A stretch of DNA of 36,574 nucleotides from Escherichia coli (GCF_003334335.1 NZ_QOWQ01000043.1), one strand, 5' to 3'; shown: positions 1 to 17,270, counted from the first letter of the stretch. Translations and numbers: made by a program. Notes: generated by a model from the sequence alone, not told the origin.

Positions 1-439
<439 letters not shown>

Positions 440-467
<28 letters not shown>

Positions 468-1606
468 ACACCACTGACCGGATCTTTTTCTGTTTTTTCC
501 ATCGGAAGCCAGGACTGTGTTAACTCACAGAAACGATCGATATTAGCTTCACTCTTAGCACTCATTTTTAAGGTCAGCGACTTTTGCTTCTGGCTATAGT
601 TCGCCTCCATTAACTGCAGTTCAGGGTGTTCCAGCAGAAGTGTTTGTAAATGATAGAGCAACGGCACAGCTTCAGGATATTGCTGAGCGAGTTGCTGCTT
701 AAAGTAAAAACGAAAATTGTGGGTGCGTTTGATCTGCGGGAAATAACGTTGCCAGGTTTCTTGCTGTTGTTGCTGAAGTTGATCTTCAATCTTAAGCGTA
801 TGCCAGAGCGCGATGCTCCGGCTGCCAACAAAAGAAAGAATGGCGAGAACGAGACAGCTTACTGCCAGGCGGGCGAGCCATTTTCCCGATTTGCTTACAG
901 TTTTCTGTTTACGAAAAATACCATGCAGCATGTCATAGCGCTGGAATGCAATATCGGCAGAATACAAACTCAGTGATGGTATTTCAGGATGCTGGATAAG
1001 TGGATTGGCCGCTGCAACGCCGTGAGGTACTACACCATAACAAAGCATATTCTCAGGCGGAAAATGGGCAGCAAGATGCTGTAACCAGTGTTCATCCAGT
1101 TCGTTGAAGGCATGTGCGGCACTGCGAATGAGCCAGCTTGTTTGCTGGTTAACCAGAGTCCAGCTATCTACTTCCCAGGGAAGATAGCAGCCATCTGGCA
1201 AAACCCGCGTCACGTTGAGTCCGGCAGTATGTAAACGCTCAAGATAGCGACTGAGTTTCTCCGACTGAATGCCTATCACCTCGACACTTTCGTTTTGTTT
1301 ATCGACAACCGTCCAGTGCCAGTCCTGGGTGTTGTCGGGTAACGTCTCCTCTGCCAGCCATTGTAATGTTTGTGCGGTGAGTTTGTATTTGGCGTTGGGC
1401 AGCGTGAGGGAACGATATAAAAGGCCCTCTGGTGGGATCAAAAGATGAACATTTCCGGCACCGGGCTGATCGGCCAGCGACTCCAGCGGAAGATCGTCCG
1501 TGAGCGTATGTACCGAAGATACGCTATCTGCGGAGAACGTCATCCATTCCCAATGCTTACGCAGCGTCGAGGAAGAACGTATGACCATCAACGATTCAGG
1601 CATCAC
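440..1606 (-). CDS. gspL: type II secretion protein GspL
   Basis: 388 aa ORF, size and operon position typical of GspL, with a central TM segment (LAVSCLVLAILSFVG). Confidence 0.85.
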
Positions 1607-1617
1607 GATCCTTATGA

Positions 1618-2601
1618 TTAGTAGAGTTGCAGCGTACGCCGATAGATTTGGGCGCTCTGCTGTTTACGGTTGAAAAAAATATGGCTTTGCCATCCCTGGG
1701 ATTGTTCGTCGCTGATACTTTCCGTACTCAGCGTAAAATAGCGGCTATAGGGAAAGAGATGCCTTTTCACCTGAGCAACCAGTGGCTTCACACCGGAGAA
1801 ATCCTGCTGCGCCCAGTAAAGAAATGCATCCGTGGTTAGCCAGCCTTCCCTCGGCCTTTTTTGCAATAAGACCCGAGCGTCAGCATCCGTGATGTTATTG
1901 AGGAATAACGCTCTGAAGAGCGGAATATCGTTCTCCGTTAGCATATTAAGATTGATGCTAAGTTCCGTGGTCGGGAGAACGCAGACATACGGGATAAGCC
2001 GCTGATAGATGTTTTCGGTTATGCCTTTTATCTGACGTAATTCGCCAGTCAGAAAAAGCATCTGATTGGCACTATGCCGGGGCGGCGTCTGGCTTTGGTA
2101 AAAGCTATCTTCTGCGCCGTGAAAGCGTGGTGAGTCATCGACATCAATATAGTCAGCGATTGATTGCACGATCTCATCGGTGTTTCCGCGATCGATACCG
2201 GCGTTAATCAGCAGCGCACTGAATACCTGGGCGGGGAAATCAGGGGAAGCCAGCGGGTCGTCAGAGATTTTTGCTAACGCATTGAGATTAAAACAGTGCT
2301 GGGCATCGCGTAACTGCCACTTCACTGTATTGCCATCTTCCAGCTGCAACTGTTGTGGCTGTGCCCAGTACTGCTGCAACGTGGTCTGTCTGTCGTTATC
2401 TTTAACGTCCTGGGTGAGGCTGGCAAGCGCAAGTTTCTCCGCCAGTTCAATATCATATTGCCGTTGCAGATGATGGTTTACCTGGCGGGTTCGCTGAAGC
2501 TGGCTGTGAAAACTGAGCGTCATGTCTGCTGCCAGAGCAGCCATGAGCGCCAGTAACATGAGTACAATGAGCAGCGCGACGCCGCGTTGTTCATTATTCA
2601 T
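1618..2601 (-). CDS. gspK: minor pseudopilin GspK
   Basis: 327 aa. N-terminal QRGVALLIVLMLLALM prepilin-like hydrophobic segment. Overlaps gspJ by 8 nt. Confidence 0.88.
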   Translation of the reverse strand: MNNEQRGVALLIVLMLLALMAALAADMTLSFHSQLQRTRQVNHHLQRQYDIELAEKLALASLTQDVKDNDRQTTLQQYWAQPQQLQLEDGNTVKWQLRDAQHCFNLNALAKISDDPLASPDFPAQVFSALLINAGIDRGNTDEIVQSIADYIDVDDSPRFHGAEDSFYQSQTPPRHSANQMLFLTGELRQIKGITENIYQRLIPYVCVLPTTELSINLNMLTENDIPLFRALFLNNITDADARVLLQKRPREGWLTTDAFLYWAQQDFSGVKPLVAQVKRHLFPYSRYFTLSTESISDEQSQGWQSHIFFNRKQQSAQIYRRTLQLY

Positions 2602-3181
2602 GGTTATTATTCCCGGCCTGCGTCTGAGCTGGCGACTCTTCTCTCGCTAACTGCTCAGGTAATGCAAAACGGCGCTGTAACCCCCCATATTGCTGAGTCT
2701 GCAGATGTAACGTGACTGAGAGAGGAAGTTCCTGGCTTTCCCCGCTGTTACTTTCCAGAAGAAAGCTCTCGACATGTTCCAGCATCGCCTGGGCGGGTTG
2801 ATCCTTCCTGCCATCCACAGAAGTACGAACAGCACGGTAGAGCGTATGATTTCGCAGATACCAGTGAACAGTGAGTAAGGTTTGTGCTTCACTGAGAGGA
2901 GCCAGCGGATCGCGACTTTGCGTGGTAAAAATAGCTTCTTCACCCAACACCATGATTTTGTCCGTACTCCGATTCCTCCGGGCGACCAGTTGCAGGAGAT
3001 CGTTATCAAGAATGGTGATGGTGCGCTGTAGCTGATTGAACTGCTGGATTTCTTTCTGTGAGCGTTGATGCAACTCGGAAGCTTGCGAAAAAATCATAAA
3101 CGCCAGCACGCTAAGCATTGAGAAAATCGCCAGCGCCGCCATGACCTCCAGCAATGTGAAACCCTGCTGGCGATTAATCAT
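2594..3181 (-). CDS. gspJ: minor pseudopilin GspJ
   Basis: 195 aa. N-terminal [16 protein letters not shown] prepilin motif (G-F cleavage site, Glu at +5). Confidence 0.9.
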
Positions 3182-3551
3182 CTTGTGCCTGCCCGGATTT
3201 ATTATCGATGCTTTGATAACGCGTAAGCGAGGTTGTCTGACCGCTGGGTAATGTCACCGTTATGGTGCGTTCCAGAAGCGTGCCGTCTTTGCTTGAGTGG
3301 ATATCGCTGCGCCAGTTCCACTCTTCGCCATTTATTAACTCTTTGCCAGAACTGGACGTGTTTTCCTCGCCGAATGAATCTTGTGACTGAAGCTGGTTAT
3401 CCGCTATCCACAATGCCAGCGTCTCGTTACGCATTCGCTCGATGGCATTTCGTTGCCCTTGCATACTGCTCATTAAAGTCAGAGCAACAGCGGTGAAAAT
3501 ACTCATCGCCAGTAAGACTTCAAGCAGTGTCATCCCTGATTGTTTGTTCAT
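3174..3551 (-). CDS. gspI: minor pseudopilin GspI
   Basis: Start chosen at internal Met ([19 protein letters not shown]) giving 125 aa and an ATGA overlap with the gspH stop. The ORF track begins 13 codons upstream at 3590. Confidence 0.85.
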
Positions 3552-4057
3552 GGGCGGGTATCTCTGGCGAGCGTTTGATCCAGGGGCCATGAGCCTGAAC
3601 AGACTAACGTCAGGAGCGGCTCACCGGTCCCGGCGTTAGCCATCAACAAAGAGAAGGGCGTGATTTGTCCGTCGGCCAGAATCACAACCTGTGGCTGGTT
3701 GCTGTCATCAGGTTTAAATGGCTGAAGATGAATTGAGAGTTCTTCATCCCAGTCATTTTGGCTCTCGTCTGCGGCATCTTCTTGTAATGGAACCCAGCGC
3801 CAGGCTGATGGTGTTTTGCCCGGTACCATAATGCGCCATGCTGAATCAGAGAAATGGATACCGACAGGCTGACCACTGAGCGTGGCGCGGTCGATGGCTA
3901 ATTCAAGTGCAGCGGTAAACCGCGCCGCTGTTTCGCGCGCACGAGTGCTGGCGACATCCTCCCGGCCATATGTGAAGAGCACCACGCTTGCCGTGATAGC
4001 GACCAGCGCCAGCACCAGCATCATCTCCAGCAGGGTAAACCCGCGTTGCTGATTCAT
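3548..4057 (-). CDS. gspH: minor pseudopilin GspH
   Basis: 169 aa. N-terminal [19 protein letters not shown] prepilin motif. Confidence 0.9.
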
Positions 4058-4064
4058 CGCTGAC

Positions 4065-4502
4065 TTACTTTTTCTTCTTGCTCAAACCCCAGTTGGTGAT
4101 GTCGTCCTCGGTTCCCATTTCACCATCGGGCCCTGCTGAAAGCAGATCGTATGCACCATGTTCACCAGGATTAACGAGGACATAATCATTGCCCCAGGGA
4201 TCGGCAGGCAGACGCTTGATATAACCTTCCTTGTTATAGTTTGCGGCCAGCGGTGGCAGTGTCGGCGCTTCTACTAAGGATTCAAGCCCCTGATTTGTGG
4301 TTGGATAGTGATGATTGTCGAGTTTGTACATATCAAGGGCGTTTTCCAGCGCCACAATATCGCTGACGGCTTTTTGCTTATCCGCCTTTTCTTTATTGCC
4401 CATTAGGTTAGGAACCACCAGGCTGGCAAGTACGCCGATAATGACGATCACCACCATAATTTCCAGTAATGTAAAACCGCGTTGCTTATCCGTTGCGCGC
4501 AT
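4065..4502 (-). CDS. gspG: major pseudopilin GspG
   Basis: 145 aa. N-terminal [21 protein letters not shown], a canonical type IV pilin-like signal. Confidence 0.93.
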   Translation of the reverse strand: MRATDKQRGFTLLEIMVVIVIIGVLASLVVPNLMGNKEKADKQKAVSDIVALENALDMYKLDNHHYPTTNQGLESLVEAPTLPPLAANYNKEGYIKRLPADPWGNDYVLVNPGEHGAYDLLSAGPDGEMGTEDDITNWGLSKKKK

Positions 4503-4511
4503 ATGCTTTCC

Positions 4512-5708
4512 TTAATTAATCATTGAGTTAAGTTGAAGAAGAGGTTGGAGTACCGACACGACAATAAACAGGACGATCAGTGCCATCGTAATAATGAGTG
4601 CTGGCTCGAAGATGGAGAGCGTTAAGGCGATCCGATTTTGTTGGAGTGTCTCCTGGTTATCTGCGGCTCTGACCATTAATGTGCCGAGCTGCCCGCTTTT
4701 TTCGCCAGAGGCCACCATGTAGAGCATCATCGGCGGGAAAATTGCGGTTTGTTCCAGCGAAAGATGAATGCTGTTACCCTGGCGAACGTTCTCTGCCGCA
4801 TTTGCCAGACGCTGGCGAATTTCGAGGTTGTTGAGGCTTTCGGTGGACAAATTCATCCCATCCAGCAGAGGGACGCCGCTGGATTGCAAAATACTTAAAG
4901 TGCGGAGATAGCGTGCGCTGTTAATGGCGCAAATCAGCGGGCCGATGAGCGCAACGCGCAGCAACATGGCATGAAAACGGTGGCGGTTATTGCCGCGTTT
5001 TAACCAGAGCCAGAAACCTACAGCGACAATAAACACTGTCGCTAATAATGTCGGGCCGGTACGTTGCAACGTGTCGCTCAGACCTAAAAGAATGCGTGTA
5101 CTCAGCGGCAGTTGCTGCTTCATATGCACGAACTGTTCGGTAATTTTGGGCACGACAGCAGTGAGGAGAATAATCACGACCCCAATCGCCACCGTAGTGA
5201 GCATACAGGGGTAGATCAGTGACTGAATGAGCTTGCTGCGGATTTTCTGCCGGTTTTCATTGTAATCAGCCAGCTTTTCCAACACCGGGGCCAGCAGCCC
5301 GCTCTTTTCGCCCGCTTTTACCAGGGTACGATAGAGCGAATCGAAAAGCGTGGGAAAATGCTGTAATGCATCGGAAAGGGGATGCCCTTCAAGGATGGCG
5401 CTGCGTACCTGATTTAACACGTCACCCAGTCGTTTATTACTGCTTTGTTGACCGATTACGGCAAGGCTCTCTTCCAGGGGTAATGCCGCTGCGCTTAAGG
5501 TTGCCAACTGCCGGGTGAAAAGCGTCAGTTCACTATGGCTGATCCTCGGGCGACGTGTTTTTACTCCCGAACTTTTTTGGGGGCGAATATCCAGCAGGAA
5601 AAGCCCTTCTTCACGCAGCCGCAGTCGTGCCTGACGTTCATCGTTAGCATCAATGATCCCTTGCAATTTTTGACCATCCTGGGTCATGGCGCGATAGCGA
5701 TAATTCAT
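4512..5708 (-). CDS. gspF: type II secretion inner-membrane platform protein GspF
   Basis: 398 aa polytopic membrane protein, size and position typical of GspF. Confidence 0.9.
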
Positions 5709-7186
5709 GCTTCGCTCTCCAGCGTGGCACTGGCGACGCGCATAACCTCATCCCAGGAGGTGTCACCGCTTATCACTTTTTGCAGGCCATTTTTGATTAA
5801 GGCCTTGTGTTGTTGCCGGACTAGTCGCTCCAGTGCTTGTTCATCCACATTTTCATGAATAGCGGCCCGTAATTCCGGCGTCACCACCATCATTTCGTGG
5901 ATCGCCATGCGCCCCTGATAGCCGGATTGATGGCAATGAGGGCAGCCTACGGGAGTGCCAATTGTTGTCACCGCGAGCTGATGATATTTAAACATCTGCG
6001 CTTGTTGGGGTGATACGGGCGTGAATTGTCGGCATTGCGGACACAGGCGACGAACCAGACGTTGCGCGATAATCCCTGCCAGGGAAGACGAAAGCAGGAA
6101 TGATTCGACGCCCATGTCGCGGAGCCGGGTCACTGCGCCTGATGCACTGTTAGTGTGGAGTGTTGAGAGTACCAGATGGCCGGTGAGCGAGGCCTGAACC
6201 GCAATCTGCGCGGTTTCTGTATCACGAATTTCCCCCACCATGACGACATCCGGGTCCTGGCGAAGTATGGCGCGCAGGCCGCGAGCGAAAGACATATCCA
6301 CACGGGTATTCACCTGCGTTTGCCCAATGCCTTCCAGCTCATATTCCACGGGATCTTCTACCGTCAGAATATTGCGGCCGGGAGTATTCAGCGCCGAAAG
6401 GATGGCGTAGAGCGTGGTGCTTTTACCGGAGCCTGTCGGCCCTGTCACCAGGATAATACCGTGCGGAAGCTGAATGAGATTTTCTAAATCCTGCTTATCC
6501 GCTGCCGTCATCCCCAGGTTGTTCAATGAAAGCTGGAGGCTGTTTTTATCCAGCAGGCGGAGTACGGCGCGTTCACCATAGATGGACGGCAGTGTGGATA
6601 CGCGGACATCTATGTTACGTCGCCCGATACGCAAACTAATTCTTCCATCCTGTGGAATACGTTTTTCGGCGATATCAAGACGAGCCATGACCTTAATTCG
6701 GGAGATAAGCAGTGCCGCCAGTTTTTTGTTTGGCTGTAAAATTGTCCGCAAAACGCCGTCGATGCGAAAACGGATCGACATTGTTTTTTCATAGGTTTCA
6801 ATGTGGATATCAGAGGCGGTTTCTTTGATGGCCTCACTCAAAATCGCATTGATCAAGCGGATAACCGGTGCCGCTGAATCTTCATTCAGGAGATCTTCAT
6901 TTGCGGGCATCTCTTCCGAAAGCGAGAGAAGATCGACGGATTGATCGATATCCTGCGCAATCTGTTGCGACTCACCGGTATTCTGATGGAATACCGCTTC
7001 CAGCCGAGCTTCAAAATCAGCCTGTGACAAGCTGGTCATGGTCTGGCACTGGCCAACCTGACGTTGAATATCGAGTAACCGCTCGAATGGCGTATCGGCG
7101 AGATAAATAATCTCGCCCTCTGAATAGAGATAACCAATTCGTTGTGCCAGCGCCCAACTGGCGGGGTACGGTGAGTGAATTCTCAT
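5705..7186 (-). CDS. gspE: type II secretion ATPase GspE
   Basis: 493 aa. Walker [11 protein letters not shown]-terminal tetracysteine motif (CPQC ... CPHC). ATGA overlap with gspF. Confidence 0.95.
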   Translation of the reverse strand: MRIHSPYPASWALAQRIGYLYSEGEIIYLADTPFERLLDIQRQVGQCQTMTSLSQADFEARLEAVFHQNTGESQQIAQDIDQSVDLLSLSEEMPANEDLLNEDSAAPVIRLINAILSEAIKETASDIHIETYEKTMSIRFRIDGVLRTILQPNKKLAALLISRIKVMARLDIAEKRIPQDGRISLRIGRRNIDVRVSTLPSIYGERAVLRLLDKNSLQLSLNNLGMTAADKQDLENLIQLPHGIILVTGPTGSGKSTTLYAILSALNTPGRNILTVEDPVEYELEGIGQTQVNTRVDMSFARGLRAILRQDPDVVMVGEIRDTETAQIAVQASLTGHLVLSTLHTNSASGAVTRLRDMGVESFLLSSSLAGIIAQRLVRRLCPQCRQFTPVSPQQAQMFKYHQLAVTTIGTPVGCPHCHQSGYQGRMAIHEMMVVTPELRAAIHENVDEQALERLVRQQHKALIKNGLQKVISGDTSWDEVMRVASATLESEA

Positions 7187-7195
7187 ATGAATGCC

Positions 7196-9127
7196 TCACC
7201 GTGACGATGGCGCAGGGGCGTGACTGTTGAACGTGTTTTCATCCAGCACCGGCAAATCTTCCGAGCCAACCAGCGCTTTTGATTTCCCGTCGATCCGCTG
7301 TTGTTGCTCCTGACGGTAACGGGTGTATTTCTCTTTTGACAGTGAGCGATAAACATCATCGTCACGGATAATCGTCGGACGGATAAATACCATCAGGTTG
7401 CGTTTAGCGCGCTCGGTGGAGGTATAGCGGAAGAGTTGCCCCACTAAAGGAATATCGCCAAGCAGAGGAACCTTTGACACTTGCTCTTTAGAAAAATCAT
7501 CCAGCAATCCGCCCAGGACCACCGTTTCACCGGTTTTGACCAGCACGGCGTTTTGAATAGTACGGGTATTAAACGTCGGGCCGAGCGTCGAGTTAGAGGA
7601 AGAGTCAACGCTGGAGACTTCCTGCTCTATTTCGAGCAACACCGCGTCGCCTTCATTGACCTGCGGAGTAACTTTGAGTTTTGTCCCCACCGTTTTGCGT
7701 TCGACGGTATTAAAGACGTTATCCCCTGAAGTGGTCTGTGACCCGGATAGCACCGGCACATCCTGCCCCACGTTGAAGGACGCGAGTTTATTATCCAGCG
7801 TTACGATGCTTGGGGTGGCGAGGATGTCATTTTTATTGTTACTGGCCAGCGCGGTAAGCAGTACTCCCCAGTCGCCATTGAAGAAGCCTGCGGCCATGCC
7901 ATTGTAGGCGCTAAACATATCCCAGGCAGGATTCGCGCTGGTGATCCCACCATTCTTTTTATAATCAGCCACACCTTGCGCAGCGTTAAAAATCGGTAAT
8001 CCGGTATTGGTAAATTGCTGTGCGCCAACGTTTTTATTCGCCCATTGCACGCCGAGGTTTAGTCCATTTCCATCCTGAACTTCAACGATGATTGCCTCAA
8101 CCAGCACCTGTGCACGGCGAATGTCCAGACGCGCAATTACCGTGGCGAGTTTTTCCTGGACGGACTGGTCAGCGGTAATGGCGACGTTATCCATCGCGCC
8201 AGAAGAGGAGGGCTTACGCGCATTCCCTTTTTCATCTTTCAGCTTTTCGGAAACACCGGTTAGCACTTCCACCAGATTCGTGGCTTTAGCATATTTCAGG
8301 TAATAAACCCGGGTATTTCCTTCCTCGCTCTCTTCGACATCAAGGCTTTTCAGTAATGAAGTGATGCGCTGGCGTGCTTTTTCCGGTCCACTGATGATAA
8401 GAGAGTTGGTTCGCTTATCCGCCACAATCTTCGCGGAGAGGAGGGCTGGCATCTGGCTTTTACCGTGGCTTTCGCTGATTAATTGATTAAGAATCTCGGC
8501 GAGATCTTCCGCTGACGCATATTCCAGATGAATAATTTGCTGCTTCTCTGTGCCGATGACATCAACGCGCTTTATGACTTCAATCAGTTTATTAATGGTG
8601 GAGGCACGACCGGTCAGAATAAGAACGTTGGAGGGTTCATAATGCACAACATTACCGACGCTACCCGCATCCATCATCTGGCGGAGCAGGGGGGCCAGGT
8701 CACGAGCAGGAACGTTCTCAAGCGGTACAATTCGGGTGACCAACTCATCACCTACGCCTGGACGAGAACTGTCAGCAATCATCCCTGGCGATGTTTTTAC
8801 ATTAGCTGAGCGAACCACTTTCAGAAAACCATTGTCCAGCGTGATCACGGAATAACCGTAAAGATCAAGAATACTTAAAAAGAACTGGTAGTACTCCTGT
8901 TGGCTAAACGTATCATTACTGCGTACGGAAATGGTTCCCTGTACCGAAGGGTCGATCAGGATCGTTTTGCCAAGATGCTGCCCCACTATTTCCACGAACT
9001 GGCGGATATCGGCGTTATTGAAGTTCGCGCCGTATTGTTCGTTCTCAGCGTGTCCTGCACAAGGCATGAGTAGTGCTGCCAGCAAGCAGCAGGTGATTTT
9101 ATTGAGTCCTTTCATGACGCAGTCCAT
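7196..9127 (-). CDS. gspD: type II secretion outer-membrane secretin GspD
   Basis: 643 aa ORF with conserved secretin C-terminal region ([14 protein letters not shown]). Signal peptide probably begins at the internal [23 protein letters not shown], so the true start may be 12 nt downstream of the ORF-track start. Confidence 0.9.
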
Positions 9128-9914
9128 TCATTCCTGTAAGTTCCCCGACGGAAACATTTATCAAGCGGGGTACGCCGTTGCGACGAATTGTAAACTGAGC
9201 ACTTTGTTGAGTTAGCAGTAAACTTAATGCCTGTGAAACCTCATCAGGGTGGGTCAGCGAAAGATTATTGATCCTGAGGGCGATATCCCCTGGTTGTAGC
9301 AAGCTGGTGGTAAATGCATTGAGGCCCTTACGAGGGTTCAATCGAAGCCCGTATATCTGTTCTCCATCACGTATAGGCGTGGCGATAATATAATCAGCGA
9401 GTACATTTTGACTTTCTGAATCAGGCTGCTTGATGATGTCAGGTAGCCCTGGATGGAGAGTTACTTTTTCGTAATGCCCGTGAGTTTCAAACACAACGCT
9501 GGTTTTATTTATTTTTCTAATAAACGTTCCCGGCGCTGACTCAAGGGCTTCGTTGAGGGAGTATCGCTTTTGTTCGCTCCCCTCATTAATTAAGACAAAA
9601 GAAGTCTCATCATTCGATGTGAGTACAATGCCATTAAGCGCTATAGAGAGCTTAGGTGTTTCCTGATTAACTGCCACGGGATTTGCATCTTTTACCCCAG
9701 CATGATTTTCGTTACGCCATAAAGCGGCAAGGCTGAAATCAGACTGAAATGCGTTTGTTGGTTGATTAATGATCTGTCCATTTTTAACTATAGTTGTATG
9801 GAAATAATTCACATTAAAAATAATCGACCCTATGCTTATAAATATAATCAATATATTGATGGCAGCATCTTTATTATGATTCGCCAGATGGAAGGGGAAA
9901 CGTAGTGTGGGCAC
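9099..9914 (-). CDS. gspC: type II secretion protein GspC
   Basis: 271 aa, N-terminal TM segment, first gene of the minus-strand operon. 3' end overlaps the gspD ORF by up to 29 nt. Confidence 0.85.
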
Positions 9915-10093
9915 GATGTATGTTCTAATAAAATAGATTGGGTGGGTTGTATATTGACGTTAGTATAAATAGTATTAATGCCGCTTGCATGAATCAAGCA
10001 AAATTTATTTATATTAGTAATATGTATTTAATTAATAAATACATACATTATTTTTATGATTAAGGATAATCAATAATTAAAACAGGAAGTTCT
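9915..10093. promoter_or_regulatory. AT-rich divergent control region between gspC and gspA
   Basis: 179-bp intergenic region that is conspicuously AT-rich by eye (runs of TATA, AATA, TTTA). The divergent start codons flank it. Known in K-12 as an H-NS-silenced bidirectional promoter region. Confidence 0.6.
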
Positions 10094-11563
10094 ATGTCTA
10101 CGAGAAGAGAAGTTATTCTTTCCTGGTTGTGTGAGAAACGTCAAACCTGGCGTCTATGCTATTTGTTGGGTGAGGCTGGAAGTGGAAAAACCTGGCTGGC
10201 GCAGCAACTGCAAAAAGATAAACATCGCCGTGTGATTACTTTAAGCCTCGTTGTTTCCTGGCAAGGTAAGGCCGCATGGATCGTTACCGACGATAACGCG
10301 GCTGAACAGGGCTGCCGTGACAGCGCCTGGACGCGAGATGAGATGGCGGGGCAATTACTGCATGCGCTTCATCGAACTGATAGTCGCTGCCCTCTTATTA
10401 TTATTGAAAATGCTCACCTGAATCACCGCCGCATACTTGATGATCTCCAACGCGCAATATCTCTTATTCCTGACGGTCAATTTTTGCTGATCGGCAGACC
10501 CGATCGAAAAGTCGAACGTGATTTTAAAAAACAGGGCATTGAACTTGTCTCGATAGGACGTCTGACGGAGCACGAACTTAAGGCAAGCATCCTTGAAGGT
10601 CAGAATATTGACCAACCCGATCTCCTTTTAACCGCCAGAGTTCTGAAACGGATAGCTTTATTATGTCGGGGCGATCGCAGAAAGCTGGCGCTTGCCGGCG
10701 AAACAATTCGCTTATTACAGCAAGCCGAGCAGACCAGCGTTTTCACAGCAAAACAATGGCGAATGATTTACCGCATATTGGGTGATAACCGCCCCCGGAA
10801 AATGCAGCTTGCCGTGGTGATGAGTGGAACCATTATCGCTCTTACCTGTGGTTGGCTACTGCTGTCCTCTTTTACAGCTACGTTACCCGTTCCTGCGTGG
10901 CTGATACCCGTAACGCCATTAGTTAAACAAGATATGACTAAGGATATTGCTCATGTGGTGATGCGCGATAGTGAGGCGCTAAGCGTGTTATACGGCGTAT
11001 GGGGGGACGAGGTCCCAGCTGATTCGGCCTGGTGCGATCAGGCAGTAAGAGCGGGGCTGGCATGTAAAAGTGGGAATGCTTCTTTACAAACATTGGTAGA
11101 TCAGAATTTGCCCTGGATCGCATCGCTTAAAGTCGGGGACAAAAAATTGCCTGTTGTGGTCGTTCGCGTCGGTGAGGCTAGCGTTGATGTCCTCGTAGGT
11201 CAGCAAACGTGGACGCTGACACATAAATGGTTTGAGTCGGTATGGACGGGTGATTATCTTCTGTTGTGGAAAATGTCGCCGGAAGGGGAGAGTACCATTA
11301 CGCGTGATAGCAGCGAGGAAGAGATTCTCTGGCTGGAAACGATGTTAAACCGCGCATTGCATATTTCGACAGAACCTTCGGCGGAGTGGCGTCCCTTGTT
11401 GGTAGAAAAAATAAAGCAATTTCAAAAAAGCCACCACTTGAAAACTGACGGTGTTGTTGGCTTTTCAACGTTAGTACATCTCTGGCAGGTGGCAGGGGAG
11501 AGTGCCTACTTATATCGGGATGAAGCAAATATTTCCCCGGAAACAACAGTGAAGGGGAAATGA
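10094..11563 (+). CDS. gspA: type II secretion accessory ATPase GspA (ExeA-like)
   Basis: 489 aa. Walker A GEAGSGKT near the N-terminus. TM segment mid-protein and a periplasmic C-terminal domain. Confidence 0.9.
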   Translation: MSTRREVILSWLCEKRQTWRLCYLLGEAGSGKTWLAQQLQKDKHRRVITLSLVVSWQGKAAWIVTDDNAAEQGCRDSAWTRDEMAGQLLHALHRTDSRCPLIIIENAHLNHRRILDDLQRAISLIPDGQFLLIGRPDRKVERDFKKQGIELVSIGRLTEHELKASILEGQNIDQPDLLLTARVLKRIALLCRGDRRKLALAGETIRLLQQAEQTSVFTAKQWRMIYRILGDNRPRKMQLAVVMSGTIIALTCGWLLLSSFTATLPVPAWLIPVTPLVKQDMTKDIAHVVMRDSEALSVLYGVWGDEVPADSAWCDQAVRAGLACKSGNASLQTLVDQNLPWIASLKVGDKKLPVVVVRVGEASVDVLVGQQTWTLTHKWFESVWTGDYLLLWKMSPEGESTITRDSSEEEILWLETMLNRALHISTEPSAEWRPLLVEKIKQFQKSHHLKTDGVVGFSTLVHLWQVAGESAYLYRDEANISPETTVKGK

Positions 11564-11564
11564 C

Positions 11565-11984
11565 ATGTTTGAATTCTATATCGCCGCGCGTGAGCAGAAA
11601 GAAACAGGTCACCCTGGTATCTTCTCCCGACAAAAACACAGCACCATAATATATGTAATTTGTTTATTACTGATTTGCCTGTGGTTTGCAGGAATGGTGC
11701 TGGTTGGTGGGTATGCCAGGCAGCTATGGGTGCTTTGGATAGTAAAAGCCGAAGTCACTGTAGAGGCTGAAACGCCCGCTTTTAAACAATCAACACAACA
11801 CTATTTCTTCAAAAAACAGCCACTCCCCGTCGTCGAATCCGTCGAGGAGGAAGATGACCCAGGCGTCGCGGTTGAGAATGCCCCCTCTTCTTCTGAAGAC
11901 GAAGAAAATACTGTGGAAGAAAGCGAAGAGAAAGCCGGTTTAAGAGAGCGTGTCAAAAATGCACTGAACGAACTTGAGAGATAA
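11565..11984 (+). CDS. gspB: type II secretion accessory protein GspB (ExeB-like)
   Basis: 139 aa. One TM segment (IIYVICLLLICLWFAGMVLVGGY) and a strongly acidic C-terminal tail. Start is 1 nt after the gspA stop (TGAcATG). Confidence 0.85.
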   Translation: MFEFYIAAREQKETGHPGIFSRQKHSTIIYVICLLLICLWFAGMVLVGGYARQLWVLWIVKAEVTVEAETPAFKQSTQHYFFKKQPLPVVESVEEEDDPGVAVENAPSSSEDEENTVEESEEKAGLRERVKNALNELER

Positions 11985-12016
11985 CCCGAAGGCTGTTTAC
12001 TTTACTAGCAATACGC

Positions 12017-12044
12017 TTGCGTTCGGTGGTTAAGTATGTATAAT
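12017..12044 (+). promoter_or_regulatory. S10 operon promoter
   Basis: TTGCGT at 12017-12022 and TATAAT at 12039-12044 with a 16-bp spacer, placed by eye. Lies about 180 nt upstream of rpsJ, consistent with the long S10 leader. Confidence 0.5.
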
Positions 12045-12533
<489 letters not shown>

Positions 12534-12553
12534 TCAGGTCATTGAGCGATTGA

Positions 12554-14949
<2,396 letters not shown>

Positions 14950-14962
14950 TTTTAGAGGATAA

Positions 14963-15244
<282 letters not shown>

Positions 15245-15249
15245 GGTAG

Positions 15250-17178
<1,929 letters not shown>

Positions 17179-17203
17179 TACAGTACACTCTCTCAATACG
17201 AAT

Positions 17204-17235
17204 AAACGGCTCAGAAATGAGCCGTTTATTTTTTC
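17204..17235 (+). terminator. intrinsic terminator at the end of the S10 operon
   Basis: Hairpin AAACGGCTCA-GAAA-TGAGCCGTTT followed by a T-run (TTATTTTTTCT) about 25 nt after the rpsQ stop. Confidence 0.8.
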
Positions 17236-17270
17236 TACCCATATCCTTGAAGCGGTGTTATAATGCCGCG
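17236..17270 (+). promoter_or_regulatory. spc operon promoter region
   Basis: Consensus TATAAT at 17259-17264 directly after the S10 terminator. The -35 element is not obvious by eye. A 7-bp inverted repeat (CCCATAT at 17238-17244 and ATATGGG at 17277-17283) brackets the -10. Confidence 0.5.
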
